Origin: Mytilus californianus
Lineage: Eukaryota
Reading direction: 5' to 3'
NCBI RefSeq assembly: GCF_021869535.1
Contig: NW_026262672.1
Span: 1,612,001 to 1,676,000 of the forward strand
Length of the DNA stretch: 64,000 nt
This document shows positions 23,301 to 33,009 of the stretch, in pieces (position 1 is the first letter of the stretch; each line of letters starts with the position of its first letter). Both the position numbers and the translations under genes were made by a program. A model generated the notes under the pieces. The model saw only the letters and a list, made by a program, of their open reading frames with translations. It searched no databases and was not told the origin of the DNA.

Positions 23301-25235
23301 AAAGTGAAACCTAGGATTAAAACCCGAAAATTAATTCCAACTCTGAAGAAAAAGACAAACTATGTGGTGCATTATCAAAATTTACAACTTTATACAGAAC
23401 TTGGAATGAAAATAACTAAAATACATAGAGTATTAGGATTTCAACAAAAGGCATGGCTTAAAACCTACATAGAATTCAACACCAACATGAGAAAACAGGC
23501 AAACAACGACTTTGAGAAGGACTTTTTCAAACTGATGTGTAATAGGTATGTTTCTCGTTTTTTTTTTTTTTTATATAGATTAGACCGTTGGTTTTCTCGT
23601 TTGAATGGTTTTACACTTTTGGGGCTCTTTATAGCTTGTTGTTCGGTGTGAGCCAAGGCTCCGTGTTGAAGGCCGTACATTAGCCTATTATGGTTTACTT
23701 TTTTTTTTAAATTGTTATTTGAATGGAGAGTTGTCTCATTGGCACTCACACCACATCTTCCTATATCTATGTTATTTTTAAATGTGTAAGATTTTAAAGT
23801 GTTGTCAAGATCTCGAGTTTGCTTGTTGTCTCATTGTCGCATTACCCACATTGATTTAATTATGTTTTGTGGTTTTTGTGTCAGCTTCTAGTACTTATCT
23901 AAAAGTATTCCTACTTTTTCAGTGTTTTTGGTAAATGTATGGAAAATTTGCGTGCTAGGATGAATCTAAGACTAATCAATTCAGCCTCGGAAGAAAAACT
24001 AAAAAAGTTAGTAGCTCAGCCGTCGTTTCTATGCTGCCAAATTTTCAATGAAGACCTCGTTGGAGTACACAACCAACAGATCAACCTAACTCTCAATAAA
24101 CCCATCTATGCCGGACAAGCTATTTTAGACCTTTCAAAGAGACTGATGTATGAATTCCATTACAAGGTGATGAAGCCTCAGTACGGTGACAAGATCAACT
24201 TGCTGTTTACAGATACAGGTATGATATTTTTTTGTTTGTTTGTTTGTTAAAATAAAAGCCATTGTTTCTTTAAATTTCTAATATTTCTCATTGTTTTCTC
24301 CTTTGTATAAGTAGAATAAAGGAAGAGATTCCTCTTTGGTATTGTGCTAACATTTCTGAATTCATTTTAGATTCGTTGTGTTATGAGATTCTGACTGATG
24401 ATGTATATGAAGACATGAAACCTATCAAAGACCTATTCGATACCTCCAACTACGGCTCATTCAACAAAACGAAACATCTCTTTTCCAGCAAATATAAGAA
24501 AGTCGTTGGGAAATTTAAAGATGAGCTTGGTGGTGAGTTCTTTCAAACAAACATTTTATTTTTCTCTCTCTAAAGTTTAACATAAATTTTCTTTCAAATT
24601 TTCCTTTTTCTTGTGAATTTTCTGTAAAATTTTCCTTTTTCTTTTGAATTTTCTGTAAAATTTTCCTTTTTCTTTTGAATTTTCTGTAAAATTTTCCTTT
24701 TTCTTTAGAATTTTCTGTAAAATTTTCCTTTTTCTTTAGAATTTTCTGTTAAATTTTCCTTTTTCTTTAGAATTTTCTGTTAAATTTTCCTTTTTCTTGT
24801 GAAATTTATGTTAAATTTTCCTTTTTCATGTGAATTTTCTGTTAAATTATTATTAAATATTGTCTTTCTCATGTGCCTCAAAAAATCTTTTCAGGTGTTC
24901 CTTTAAAAGAATTCGTTGGCTTGAGACCTAAAATGTACAGCCTTTTGTATAACCAGACCTCTACAGAAGGTATCACATGCGAAAAGGAAAAAAAAGTGGC
25001 GAAAGGCATTTCAAAAACTGAAATAAAACAGACTCTCCGACATGAAATGTATAAGACATGTTTGAATGAAGAAACTACGACCACCAATTCAATGACGTGC
25101 ATTAGAAGTAAAAATCATGAACTTTTCATGGATACCGTTGTGAAAAAAGGACTGTGTAGTTTTGATGATAAACGTTACTGGAAGAACCCAATTGAAAGCT
25201 ATGCCTATGGACATTATAAGATAGACACATATTAG
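20328..25235 (+). CDS. polB: Protein-primed family B DNA polymerase, 4 exons (20328-23545, 23923-24218, 24371-24532, 24895-25235), 1338 aa; N-terminal C2H2 fingers and an endonuclease-VII-like insert
   Basis: Exonuclease motifs YADFEC and FHNLRNFD; motif A YLDANNLYG. Splicing restores KLMCNSVFGKCMENLR (motif B), FTDTDSL (motif C) and KFKDELGGVPLKEFVGLRPKMYS. Spliced length is 4017 nt = 1339 codons with no internal stop. Confidence 0.93.
23546..23922 (+). other. polB intron 1 (GT-AG, phase 2), contains a host dispersed-repeat fragment
   Basis: Donor AG|GTATGT, acceptor cctactttttcAG|T; joins AG+T = Ser in KLMCN-S-VFGK. Confidence 0.92.
24219..24370 (+). other. polB intron 2 (GT-AG, phase 1), splitting the catalytic DTDS motif
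   Basis: Donor ACAG|GTATGA, acceptor ttcattttAG|AT; G+AT = second Asp of FTDTDSL. Confidence 0.93.
24533..24894 (+). other. polB intron 3 (GT-AG, phase 1), contains a 31-bp minisatellite
   Basis: Donor G|GTGAGT, acceptor atcttttcAG|GT; restores DELGGVPLKEFVGLRPK. Confidence 0.9.
24597..24846 (+). repeat. Tandem minisatellite, ~8 x 31 bp (AAATTTTCCTTTTTCTTKWGAATTTTCTGTW)
   Basis: Directly visible periodic repeat inside polB intron 3. Confidence 0.92.
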
Positions 25236-25369
25236 TGATAGTATTTATTAAATATTTAAAAAAAAAACTAACCGTGTCAGTCTGTTTGCATATATGTCCG
25301 TAATGAAATTTATAAATGTTATTCCTATAAACACCACATTGAATGAAAGTCACACCACATTGAGCATCA

Positions 25370-27141
25370 TCACATCGATTGGAAAAAGGCTCCCATTTCC
25401 TCCTCAGAGAGATCATATAAATTGTTTTGCACAGGGGAAATCTGTTCATATTTTGTATTCTTCCCAGACCACTGTGGGTTTAATTCTTCACGTATCGGTC
25501 TCTTTGCGGCCATCCTCACCGGAATCATATTTCCTTTGCTCCACATCGGGTCTGTTATAGTTTGAAGTGGAGTGGTAGTTGACGTCTCGTTTTCATATAT
25601 TATTGTTAGAGGTGCCTGCAATAATAAAAATGAAATATTTAAATAAATAAACCAGAGAGAAATGAAATACTTTCAGTGTTGCTTATCTTTTTTTTTTTAA
25701 GGACAAAAGGTTGTTTGCAAGTTCAATTCTATACTTAAAAAACAAGTATTGCTTTGTTCGCATTTAAGTGTATCAAGTTAAGAATACATGGTGATTCTTG
25801 AGAAGAACAAAAAAAAACCCACCCTCTATTGCAAGACTTACCTATTGTATGTATTGTTAACTTGTTCTCACCCTGAGCATGTATGAAATATTTGCCACTG
25901 GACGTTAACCAACCAACAATCAATCATGATTCTTGAACATATTTAAACTCTACATTAATAAATGTATACTTACGGAAGGTGTTGGTGGTGGTTGCTTAAC
26001 GTCCAGTGGCAAATATTTCATACATGTTCAGGGTGAGAACAAGTTCAGAATACATGGTGATTCTTGAGAAGAAGAAAAAAAAACCCACCCTCTATTGCAA
26101 GACTTACCTATTGTATGTATTGTTAACTTGTTCTCACCCTGAACATGTATGAAATATTTGCCACTGGACGTTAAGCAACCAACAATCAATCATGATTCTT
26201 GAACATATTTAAACTCTACATTAATAAATGTATACTTACGGAAGGTGTTGGTGGTGGTGGCGGTGCATAAACCGGCGCTACATTTTCTTTAAGTACAACC
26301 TGCTCCTGTGGCTGGGAGAGCGGCTAAAACATGAAAAATAAAATAAAACTCAAACTCAAATGTTATGAAGAAAGTTTTATACTTGCGAGAGGTGTTGGTG
26401 GTGTGCATATTGTTTTTCGTTCATTATTTTGTACATAAATTAGGTTGTTATCTTTTTTCTCCCCTCGGATGTTTGTTTTACATTCATCATTTTGAAGCTA
26501 TTTATAGCTGACTATGAGGTATGGGTTTTGCTTATTGTTGATGGTCGCAAGGTGACCAAAAGTTGACAATTTCTGTATCATTTGGTCTCTTGTGAAGAGT
26601 TATCTTATTAACAATCATACCACATCTTCGTTTTATGTTATTCAATTGTTGCATTAAATTAGTTAAAATAAAAGGCAAATGTGAACACCGATATCTCCCC
26701 TAACAAAAGCGAGGTAGATAGATAAACAGAAAGATAAACGGTAATAGACAATACTTAAAACCTTCCTGTTGTTTACGGTAAGCGCATACAAACAGAGAAA
26801 AAAAAACACCTCAAAGGGTATAATCTTTAATTTTCCTCGGTTTTTAAAGAAAACTCCTACATGTGAACCTCGTGTAAAAACAAAAAGAAAGAAAATAGTC
26901 TTACCTGTGGAAAGTATGCAGTTAGGGACTCTAGGTGCCCCCTCAGTGTAAACAGATCATCCAGCTCGTCTAGCCCTAAATTCAGCTTCATTGATCCATT
27001 TGACGCAGCCAAGTCTAAATAAAAGAGTCCTCTAGCGGACTTTTTATAGGTAAGCACTTTCCCTCTCCCGAATTGAGTTTTGTATTCCGTTCTACCAGTG
27101 GAAGTAATAATTTGACTAAATTGAACATTTTCGGCTGCCAT
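25370..27141 (-). CDS. Three-exon Polinton accessory gene (27141-26905, 26323-26240, 25615-25370), ~188 aa; N-terminal beta-rich domain possibly PC4/ssDNA-binding-like, Pro-rich linker
   Basis: Donors CAG|GTAAGA (26904) and TCC|GTAAGT (26239); acceptors gttttAG (26324) and ttattgcAG (25616). All junctions are phase 0 and the ORF stays open. The domain call is only a by-eye resemblance. Confidence 0.72.
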
Positions 27142-27786
27142 TATAACACTTAATCGTAAATAGATTTCTAGACAAAGGTTAGAAGTACTGACTTGTAAAC
27201 GAAAAATACGCACTACTATATTTATTTCATTTTTCTAGCTAATATTATCTAAACCAATAATATTACACTTTGAAGTATGGGGTGGGACTAATGGAGGGAT
27301 AATCACCCCATTCTTAGGTTTCGCATAACAACTCTATACCAAATTGTTTATGTGGTGCGCAAACAAAAATGCGCTTAACAACAAAACAACGTGTTGATGA
27401 ATCTCTAGAAACTATACTGTGATAATATTTCATCTGCTTTATTTTTGGGTTTCTTAACTTAAAATCTTTATCTAAAGCAGCTACATTGTAAAAAAAAACC
27501 CAAAACGTTCGATTTTTTTTTCTGAAATTTTTTTTTGAGTGCCATTGTCTCGTACCTAATATTTTCTTATTATATGTTTCCGTTCCCCCCTTTTTTTTTC
27601 GAGTTATGCTATTGTTGAAGATCATATAGCAACATCTCAATTCTTTCATATTTATTCTTTTTCGTATTGTTCTTTTTTTTTTTTTGTTGACACAATCATA
27701 ATCTCCCGCCTTTTTATTTTTAATTAAACTGTTGATTATGTGCACATGCGCAAACGATTCACAGAGAAAAAACTGAAAAATCAAAA

Positions 27787-29026
27787 ATGGTGCCCGCTAA
27801 GTGTTTGTTGTTGTTGAGTATTGTTGTATGTAATGGCCAAGTGCATGACCTTAATATAAGGAAATGCAGAAGTGTGGTTGATGAAAGCTACGAGGTAGTG
27901 GAGCTGCAGTGCCTGTATGAGGGGGAAGGCAGCTACATTTTCAATGGGCCGACTTCAGTGAAGAAGATTACCCTGGACAGACTGGCGGGTTCCAGTACAT
28001 TAATGACTTTTGGCCAGCAGTTAGAAAAAGTAGCCATCAAAACATGCACCATAGACAATTGTTGCCAGGCCATTTCAGCAACCCCTAGCACGGAAGTGCA
28101 GATTGCGGATAAAGTTTGTGTAAGATGCTATTACGTAACTTGTTTTCAACATCCGCCATTTTTATTGTTTACAAAAAATTGACACCTACTTTATGAAAGA
28201 CAAATTCCCTTTATTTTCTTTTGAAAGTATAACAATATAAGAAAAGAAATATTTGTTAGCATAATTTTAATTGTATTTCTATTAAACAGATTTGTGTTAA
28301 AAACTATAAATATTAAATTTGATAACTGTCTATAAATATTATTGTTTTTGTTTACAGTCACTGGAAGACCTTGTTTCCTCTACTGGTGTGGTTGAGACCT
28401 CTCCTCATACGGAGGGGGGTTCTCCTGACTCCTCAACAGAATGGTCTCAAAGCGCTCCAACATCAGCAGTGTACGAGCACAGCCAAATGTCCAGCACTCT
28501 CCCTGACCATCAACAGGTGGGTTTTCACCTATAGGGCAAAGAGAATCCCTACTTAACATAACCATTGCATTGTGGTGATGTATTCTAAAAAACATGAAAA
28601 CACTGCTGTTAAAATTAACGTAAACAATTTTGAAAGTACTTATTTTCACTATTTTAGACATTTATACTTATAAATTTCTCATGCTTTAAATTCAGCTAAA
28701 GCTAAATGTGTATTGATTGTAACATGTAGTAGGGTGTGGATTAGGTTATGTTATTTTATTTGTGTACATGTAGTTTATTATTTAATTTTTTATTTTAGAC
28801 TACTACAGAAAATGAGACGAACTCAACAACACCGTGGATAGTAGCAACCGTCACCACTTTAACAGGTAGCTTAAAAGTTTATATAATTTTTCTTGGAGTA
28901 ATTTTGTTTCTTTTAATTGTCTTAATTTTGGTGTTCTTATTAAAAAAGTATTACTATCAATCAGACTACATTCCAGTTAAGAACGATGATTCTTTATATG
29001 TTGAAATGGATACCATAACTAGTTAA
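27787..29026 (+). CDS. Spliced type I membrane glycoprotein, isoform A (exons 27787-28119, 28358-28516, 28799-29026; 239 aa)
   Basis: Signal peptide MVPAKCLLLLSIVVCNG, 6-Cys ectodomain, Ser/Thr-rich stalk with NET/NST sequons, TM VYIIFLGVILFLLIVLILVFLL followed by KK, tail YYYQSDYIPVKNDDSLYVEMDTITS. Phase-0 GT-AG junctions at 28120/28357 and 28517/28798. Confidence 0.82.
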
Positions 29027-29045
29027 ATTATTTCTTTTCTTGTAG

Positions 29046-29170
29046 TACTTCTGGTGATAGCTCTCATTTGTTTGGGGAAGAAATGTTTGAGGAATAGTAG
29101 GGGAGGGTTAATTGAGCATTGTCTTCCTCTACAGGAGATTCCTACTGCCCCTAAATATAAGGACTATTAG
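29046..29170 (+). CDS. Alternative terminal exon B of the membrane glycoprotein gene (VLLVIALICLGKKCLRNSRGGLIEHCLPLQEIPTAPKYKDY*)
   Basis: Acceptor tttcttttcttgtAG (29045); phase 1 from the donor at 28865/28866; completes the TM WIVATVTTLT-VLLVIALICL-GKK. Confidence 0.68.
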
Positions 29171-29276
29171 GATAAAAGAAATAATTATTAATTTAAATTG
29201 TAATTTCAATATCACTGCTTTTAACTCTTTTTTTTCAATATCACTGCTTTTAACTCTTTTTTTTTTTTACTTACAG

Positions 29277-29398
29277 TGATATTCTTTCTAATAGGTGGAT
29301 TTATTGTTTGGAGGAAAAGACATTCTCAAAATATTTCAAACTCTGAAGATGAACTCTATAATAAAGCCTGGTACAATTTAAGTAGTGACAATTTATAA
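29277..29398 (+). CDS. Alternative terminal exon C (VIFFLIGGFIVWRKRHSQNISNSEDELYNKAWYNLSSDNL*)
   Basis: Long poly-T acceptor ttttttttacttacAG (29276); phase 1; completes the TM and is followed by the stop-transfer WRKRH. Confidence 0.68.
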
Positions 29399-29432
29399 AA
29401 TTTGTATTTTTTTTTTTATTTTCTTCTTGTAG

Positions 29433-29545
29433 AGCAATTTCAAGTTCTAATCTTTACCATGATTAGTGTATTAGTGGTTTTAAACCGTATCCATAGACTT
29501 TTGTTAAATGCAATACCAGCTATTAGAAACTTCATCCCCCTGTAA
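29433..29545 (+). CDS. Alternative terminal exon D ((EQFQ)VLIFTMISVLVVLNRIHRLLLNAIPAIRNFIPL*)
   Basis: Acceptors at 29432 (ttttcttcttgtAG) and 29444, both giving the same phase-1 frame; hydrophobic run followed by NRIHR. Confidence 0.55.
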
Positions 29546-29778
29546 GACAGCTTATTAACCCTCCTCAACATCAACCACCACAACAAGCAGCAGTCCAACC
29601 TATACCACCTGCAGTACACCAGGAAGTCATCCTACCCTTACCAGCACCTCCACTCATTTTAAGAAGAAGCACCAGACAGTCCATACCACCCAACAGGCTT
29701 AATTTGTGATTAATTTGTGTATTATGTTTTTTTTTTGTTTGTTTTCAAACCAAACTTCTATATAATTTGTGTAATTAA

Positions 29779-30043
29779 GATGTACCTAACACTACAGGGG
29801 GATAACTCTGTAAAATCAGCTAAATGTTAATTATGATATGTATTTAAGGGCATTGTAATAAGCTTCTCAATGGTTGAAATTAGTGTTTGTTAAACTGTTA
29901 TATACCCAGTGTAATTTTTATAAAGAAATGGTTGCTTCAAATATTTTGAAATTTTTATCAAAGGTTCAAAATAAATACTTTGTTAAAATTTTATGAAAAC
30001 TCAACAAACCAAATTTATTTTAGGTAAGGTGTTGGATACCACC
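29779..30043. mobile_element. Non-autonomous DNA transposon (TTAA TSD, imperfect TIR; Kolobok/piggyBac-like) inside the Polinton
   Basis: TTAA at 29775-29778 and 30044-30047; ends GATGTACCTAACAC versus reverse complement GGTGGTATCCAACAC. Confidence 0.55.
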
Positions 30044-30146
30044 TTAATTATAAAACTATGAATAATACCATTGTAAGACTAGCTTTATGAATCATATTGC
30101 TTCATTAAGTAACTTCATATACAAAAATGTTTAAAGTATTTCTTAC

Positions 30147-30508
30147 CTGTCCTTTAAGATATCTAATCCTATCTGCAGCATGTCTCGGCTTTGCACACTA
30201 TTAGCTGTATTGCACTGCTGCATCAGTTCTCCCAAAAATGTCTCGCTCATTCGTATGAGACATCCTATCCTAGTTTCCCTGCTTTCATGCAACAAAGCAT
30301 GATATAGTGCAGAAACATTAAATTGCATGCTACTGAATGTGTTGATGGGTTGCTGACAATACCAATTCTTTATTTCTTCAAACAACTCAGGTTGTATTGA
30401 ACACTTATAACATGGGAAAAAATGACTCCCCACTACTGGTATATGTTGAGATACAAAATTAGTCAATTGAGAAAGAAAGTTACTGATTGAAGCACGATGA
30501 TCCATCAT
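30147..30508 (-). CDS. Probable exon of a further Polinton accessory gene (Cys/His-containing, unknown function)
   Basis: 121-codon ATG ORF ending at a strong donor GACAG|GTAAGA (30146), with an acceptor ctatttAG just upstream of the ATG. The downstream exon was not identified. Confidence 0.5.
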
Positions 30509-31479
30509 AAAGTTTTCTAAATAGAATGAAAGTATAACATTTTTCCTAAATATTAAAGGACTTATTCTTCTCTCTTGGTTATGATAAGATTCATTAAATA
30601 AAGTTGGGTTGATAAATTTAATTCATTTAGACTTAACTGAGATGCCATTTTAGGATTAATTTATATATGACTAAGCATCCATTGTGATAACAAAGGAGAC
30701 ATTAGCATTTCTATGCTATATTATCTTAAGAAGTTTATTGAGGGGGGCTTTTTTTTTATTATTGAAGGTTTTAACAAAGGAGAGTGATAATTTTCCATAC
30801 ATAAGAAAGACTCAACATCCTGTGTTTGACATGATTATAAATTATGGATAAATTGATACATTTTTCGCTTAATTTCTCTCTTTAAATTTATTTTTATGAT
30901 GAAAATAGGGAATAAGTCAGATTTTTGAAATGATGTTACTTTAAAGGGTGTTGTTTATATTATACATATCTAGAAGTTTTGTATATATGTTTACACAAGT
31001 CTGTTTTGTTATGTTAAGAAGAAGTTTAACTCAAATTAGAAATAATATATGTTTATCTGTCTGATGTTCTCCATTAACAGTTAATTAGTTTTGAAACTTG
31101 ATTGCAATTAAGACAATTTCCTATACTCTACATTTAAAGATTGTTATACATGTTTATCTATCAACAGTTATTTAGCTTGAGGCTTGATTGTAATTAAAAA
31201 TATTTAGTAATTATACAGTATGATAACTTCTAAAGGAAGAAAATCAAAATATTTATGAAGCTTTACATCAGAGGAATTATCTGATATGATCTATCAGATT
31301 AAAAGATAACGTTTATTTGGTCTTAAAAATAATGTAAAAATATCAAAAATGCTATAGAGGTTGATGGGGAACATTAGACAGACCTTAGTAGTATATGAAA
31401 TGTTTATACTGTAATATAAAACATGTATCTTGTGTACAATTTGGAGTTTAGTATGGCGTTCATTATCACTGAACTAGTA

Positions 31480-31633
31480 TATATATTTGTTTAGGGGCCA
31501 GCTGAAGGACGCCTCCGGGTGCGGGAATTTCTCGCTGCATTGAAGACCTGTTGGTGACCTTCTGCTGTTGTCTGTTCTATGGTCGGGTTGTTGTCTCTTT
31601 GACACATTCCCCATTTCCATTCTCAATTTTATA
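31480..31633 (+). repeat. ~150-bp abundant mussel-type dispersed repeat inserted in the Polinton
   Basis: Sequence TTTAGGGGCCAGCTGAAGGACGCCTCCGGGTGCGGGAATTTCTCG...CATTCTCAATTTTA, recognised from memory as a common Mytilus repeat; flanked by TA runs. Confidence 0.65.
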
Positions 31634-32723
31634 TAGTCTTTGTTTTTCTTGTTATTAAGCAATATAGTTGTGATAATTTATTAAATGTTAATTGTTTTAA
31701 AGTTGGTGCTAAATAATTGTGATAATCATTAAAGTTCATATTTCAAATCATGATAGTTGTACTCCTGATAACATGCTGTTATATATATTTAATATATTCA
31801 TTTACAATGATAGTTTAAGAGAGGAAAATATACTCTATAAAGACAAGTTTTATAAAAAAAAAAAGTAGTGCTTATACTATAGTTTTGGTGCTAACTGTTT
31901 TATGGTGCTATGCATTCCGCCAGATTCCCCTATAAAGACAAGTTTTATAAAGAGAGTAGTACACTACATTTTTACTAAAGTTTTGGTGCTGTGTATTCTT
32001 ACATTGAAAAAATAAGCATTTACGGTTGTTAATCAAACCATGATACCTGTATATATTTTATCTATATTTTGTTACTTTAGTGCAACATTCCATCTTTTAA
32101 TTTTTGCTTCATGCGTGTTTTCATTTTAAACGTGGAAACCATGTGGGTTATATTTTTATTTTATAACATAATTTATCTTCTATCACATTCCATCAAGTTA
32201 CTTTTTATATTGTAGTCATTTTTAAAAACTAGAATCATCTAGTTAATCATATTACTATATGTAATCTTTTACATGTCTCTTTTTAGAAATCCATTCTTGT
32301 TAAAAAAAAAAAACATTTGTTTTAGAAGCTTTATTAAATTTTATATATATTAGAAACAAACTCAGGGTTGTATGCTCAAATATCGGTTTTAATACAAGTT
32401 TTTATATACTATACATAGTATTGTAATATTTATTTTTTATGCTAAAAATACTCAATCAGTTTTTGCAATAATGGTGATCTACACAAAATGTGATGTATAC
32501 ATAATGTATATAAGTTTTTGATAATAAAAATAATTTATTTTCTTCAATCTTTGTTTTATCTCTTCTCAAGTTTCTGTAGTTTGTGTGTTGTGGAAAGAAA
32601 ATGAATGCCACCCCTTACCAACAACCATCTCTCTCACATATTGACTAACTCCAAGCAAATAACAATTTAGACAAGCAAAAAACAACACAAAATTCTACAA
32701 CGTGGACAACATGGACGTCATCT

Positions 32724-33009
32724 CAAACGTACCCTGGTTACCAACCAATGTTGCTCTACCTTGAAAAAGTCAGCAACGTGGAAACAAAAATGGACGACAA
32801 ACATACCCCTGGTTACCGACCAATGTTGCTCTACCTTGCAACGTGGAAACAAAATGGACGACAAACATAACCTGGTTACCAACCAATGTTGCTCTACCTT
32901 GGTCAAAAGTATCACACGTGGACACAAACATTCCACCATCACTAGCACAATATTTACATAAGCTGCTCTACCTGCTCTACTGTTTTCTTATCCCTATTCT
33001 ACTACTACT
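32724..33009 (-). repeat. Right terminal inverted repeat of the Polinton (degenerate extension to ~32657)
   Basis: Mirror of 12963-13248; ends ...TTCTACTACTACT followed by TSD CAGAGT. Confidence 0.95.

Larger units (their letters stand above)
12963..33009. mobile_element. Complete Polinton/Maverick (adintovirus-like endogenous virus), 20,047 bp
   Basis: Begins AGTAGTAGTAGAATAGGG at 12963 and ends with its reverse complement at 33009. CAGAGT is duplicated at 12957-12962 and 33010-33015 (6-bp TSD). It contains integrase, penton, MCP, protease, ATPase and pPolB ORFs. Confidence 0.97.

Noticed and set aside
23546-24894. polB breaks as frameshift decay, inteins or group I/II introns
   Set aside because: Each break has canonical GT-AG ends and a pyrimidine tract and restores conserved motifs exactly. 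The inserts are 152-377 nt, contain stops, and show no intein or self-splicing features.
25126-25560. ORFs 25126-25449 (-) and 25294-25560 (+)
   Set aside because: They overlap or run antisense to better-supported exons (polB exon 4 and the last exon of the minus gene) and have no recognisable motifs.
27314-27784. 156-aa K/R-rich minus-strand ORF
   Set aside because: Translation of poly-A/T runs in the divergent promoter region, with a non-ATG start.
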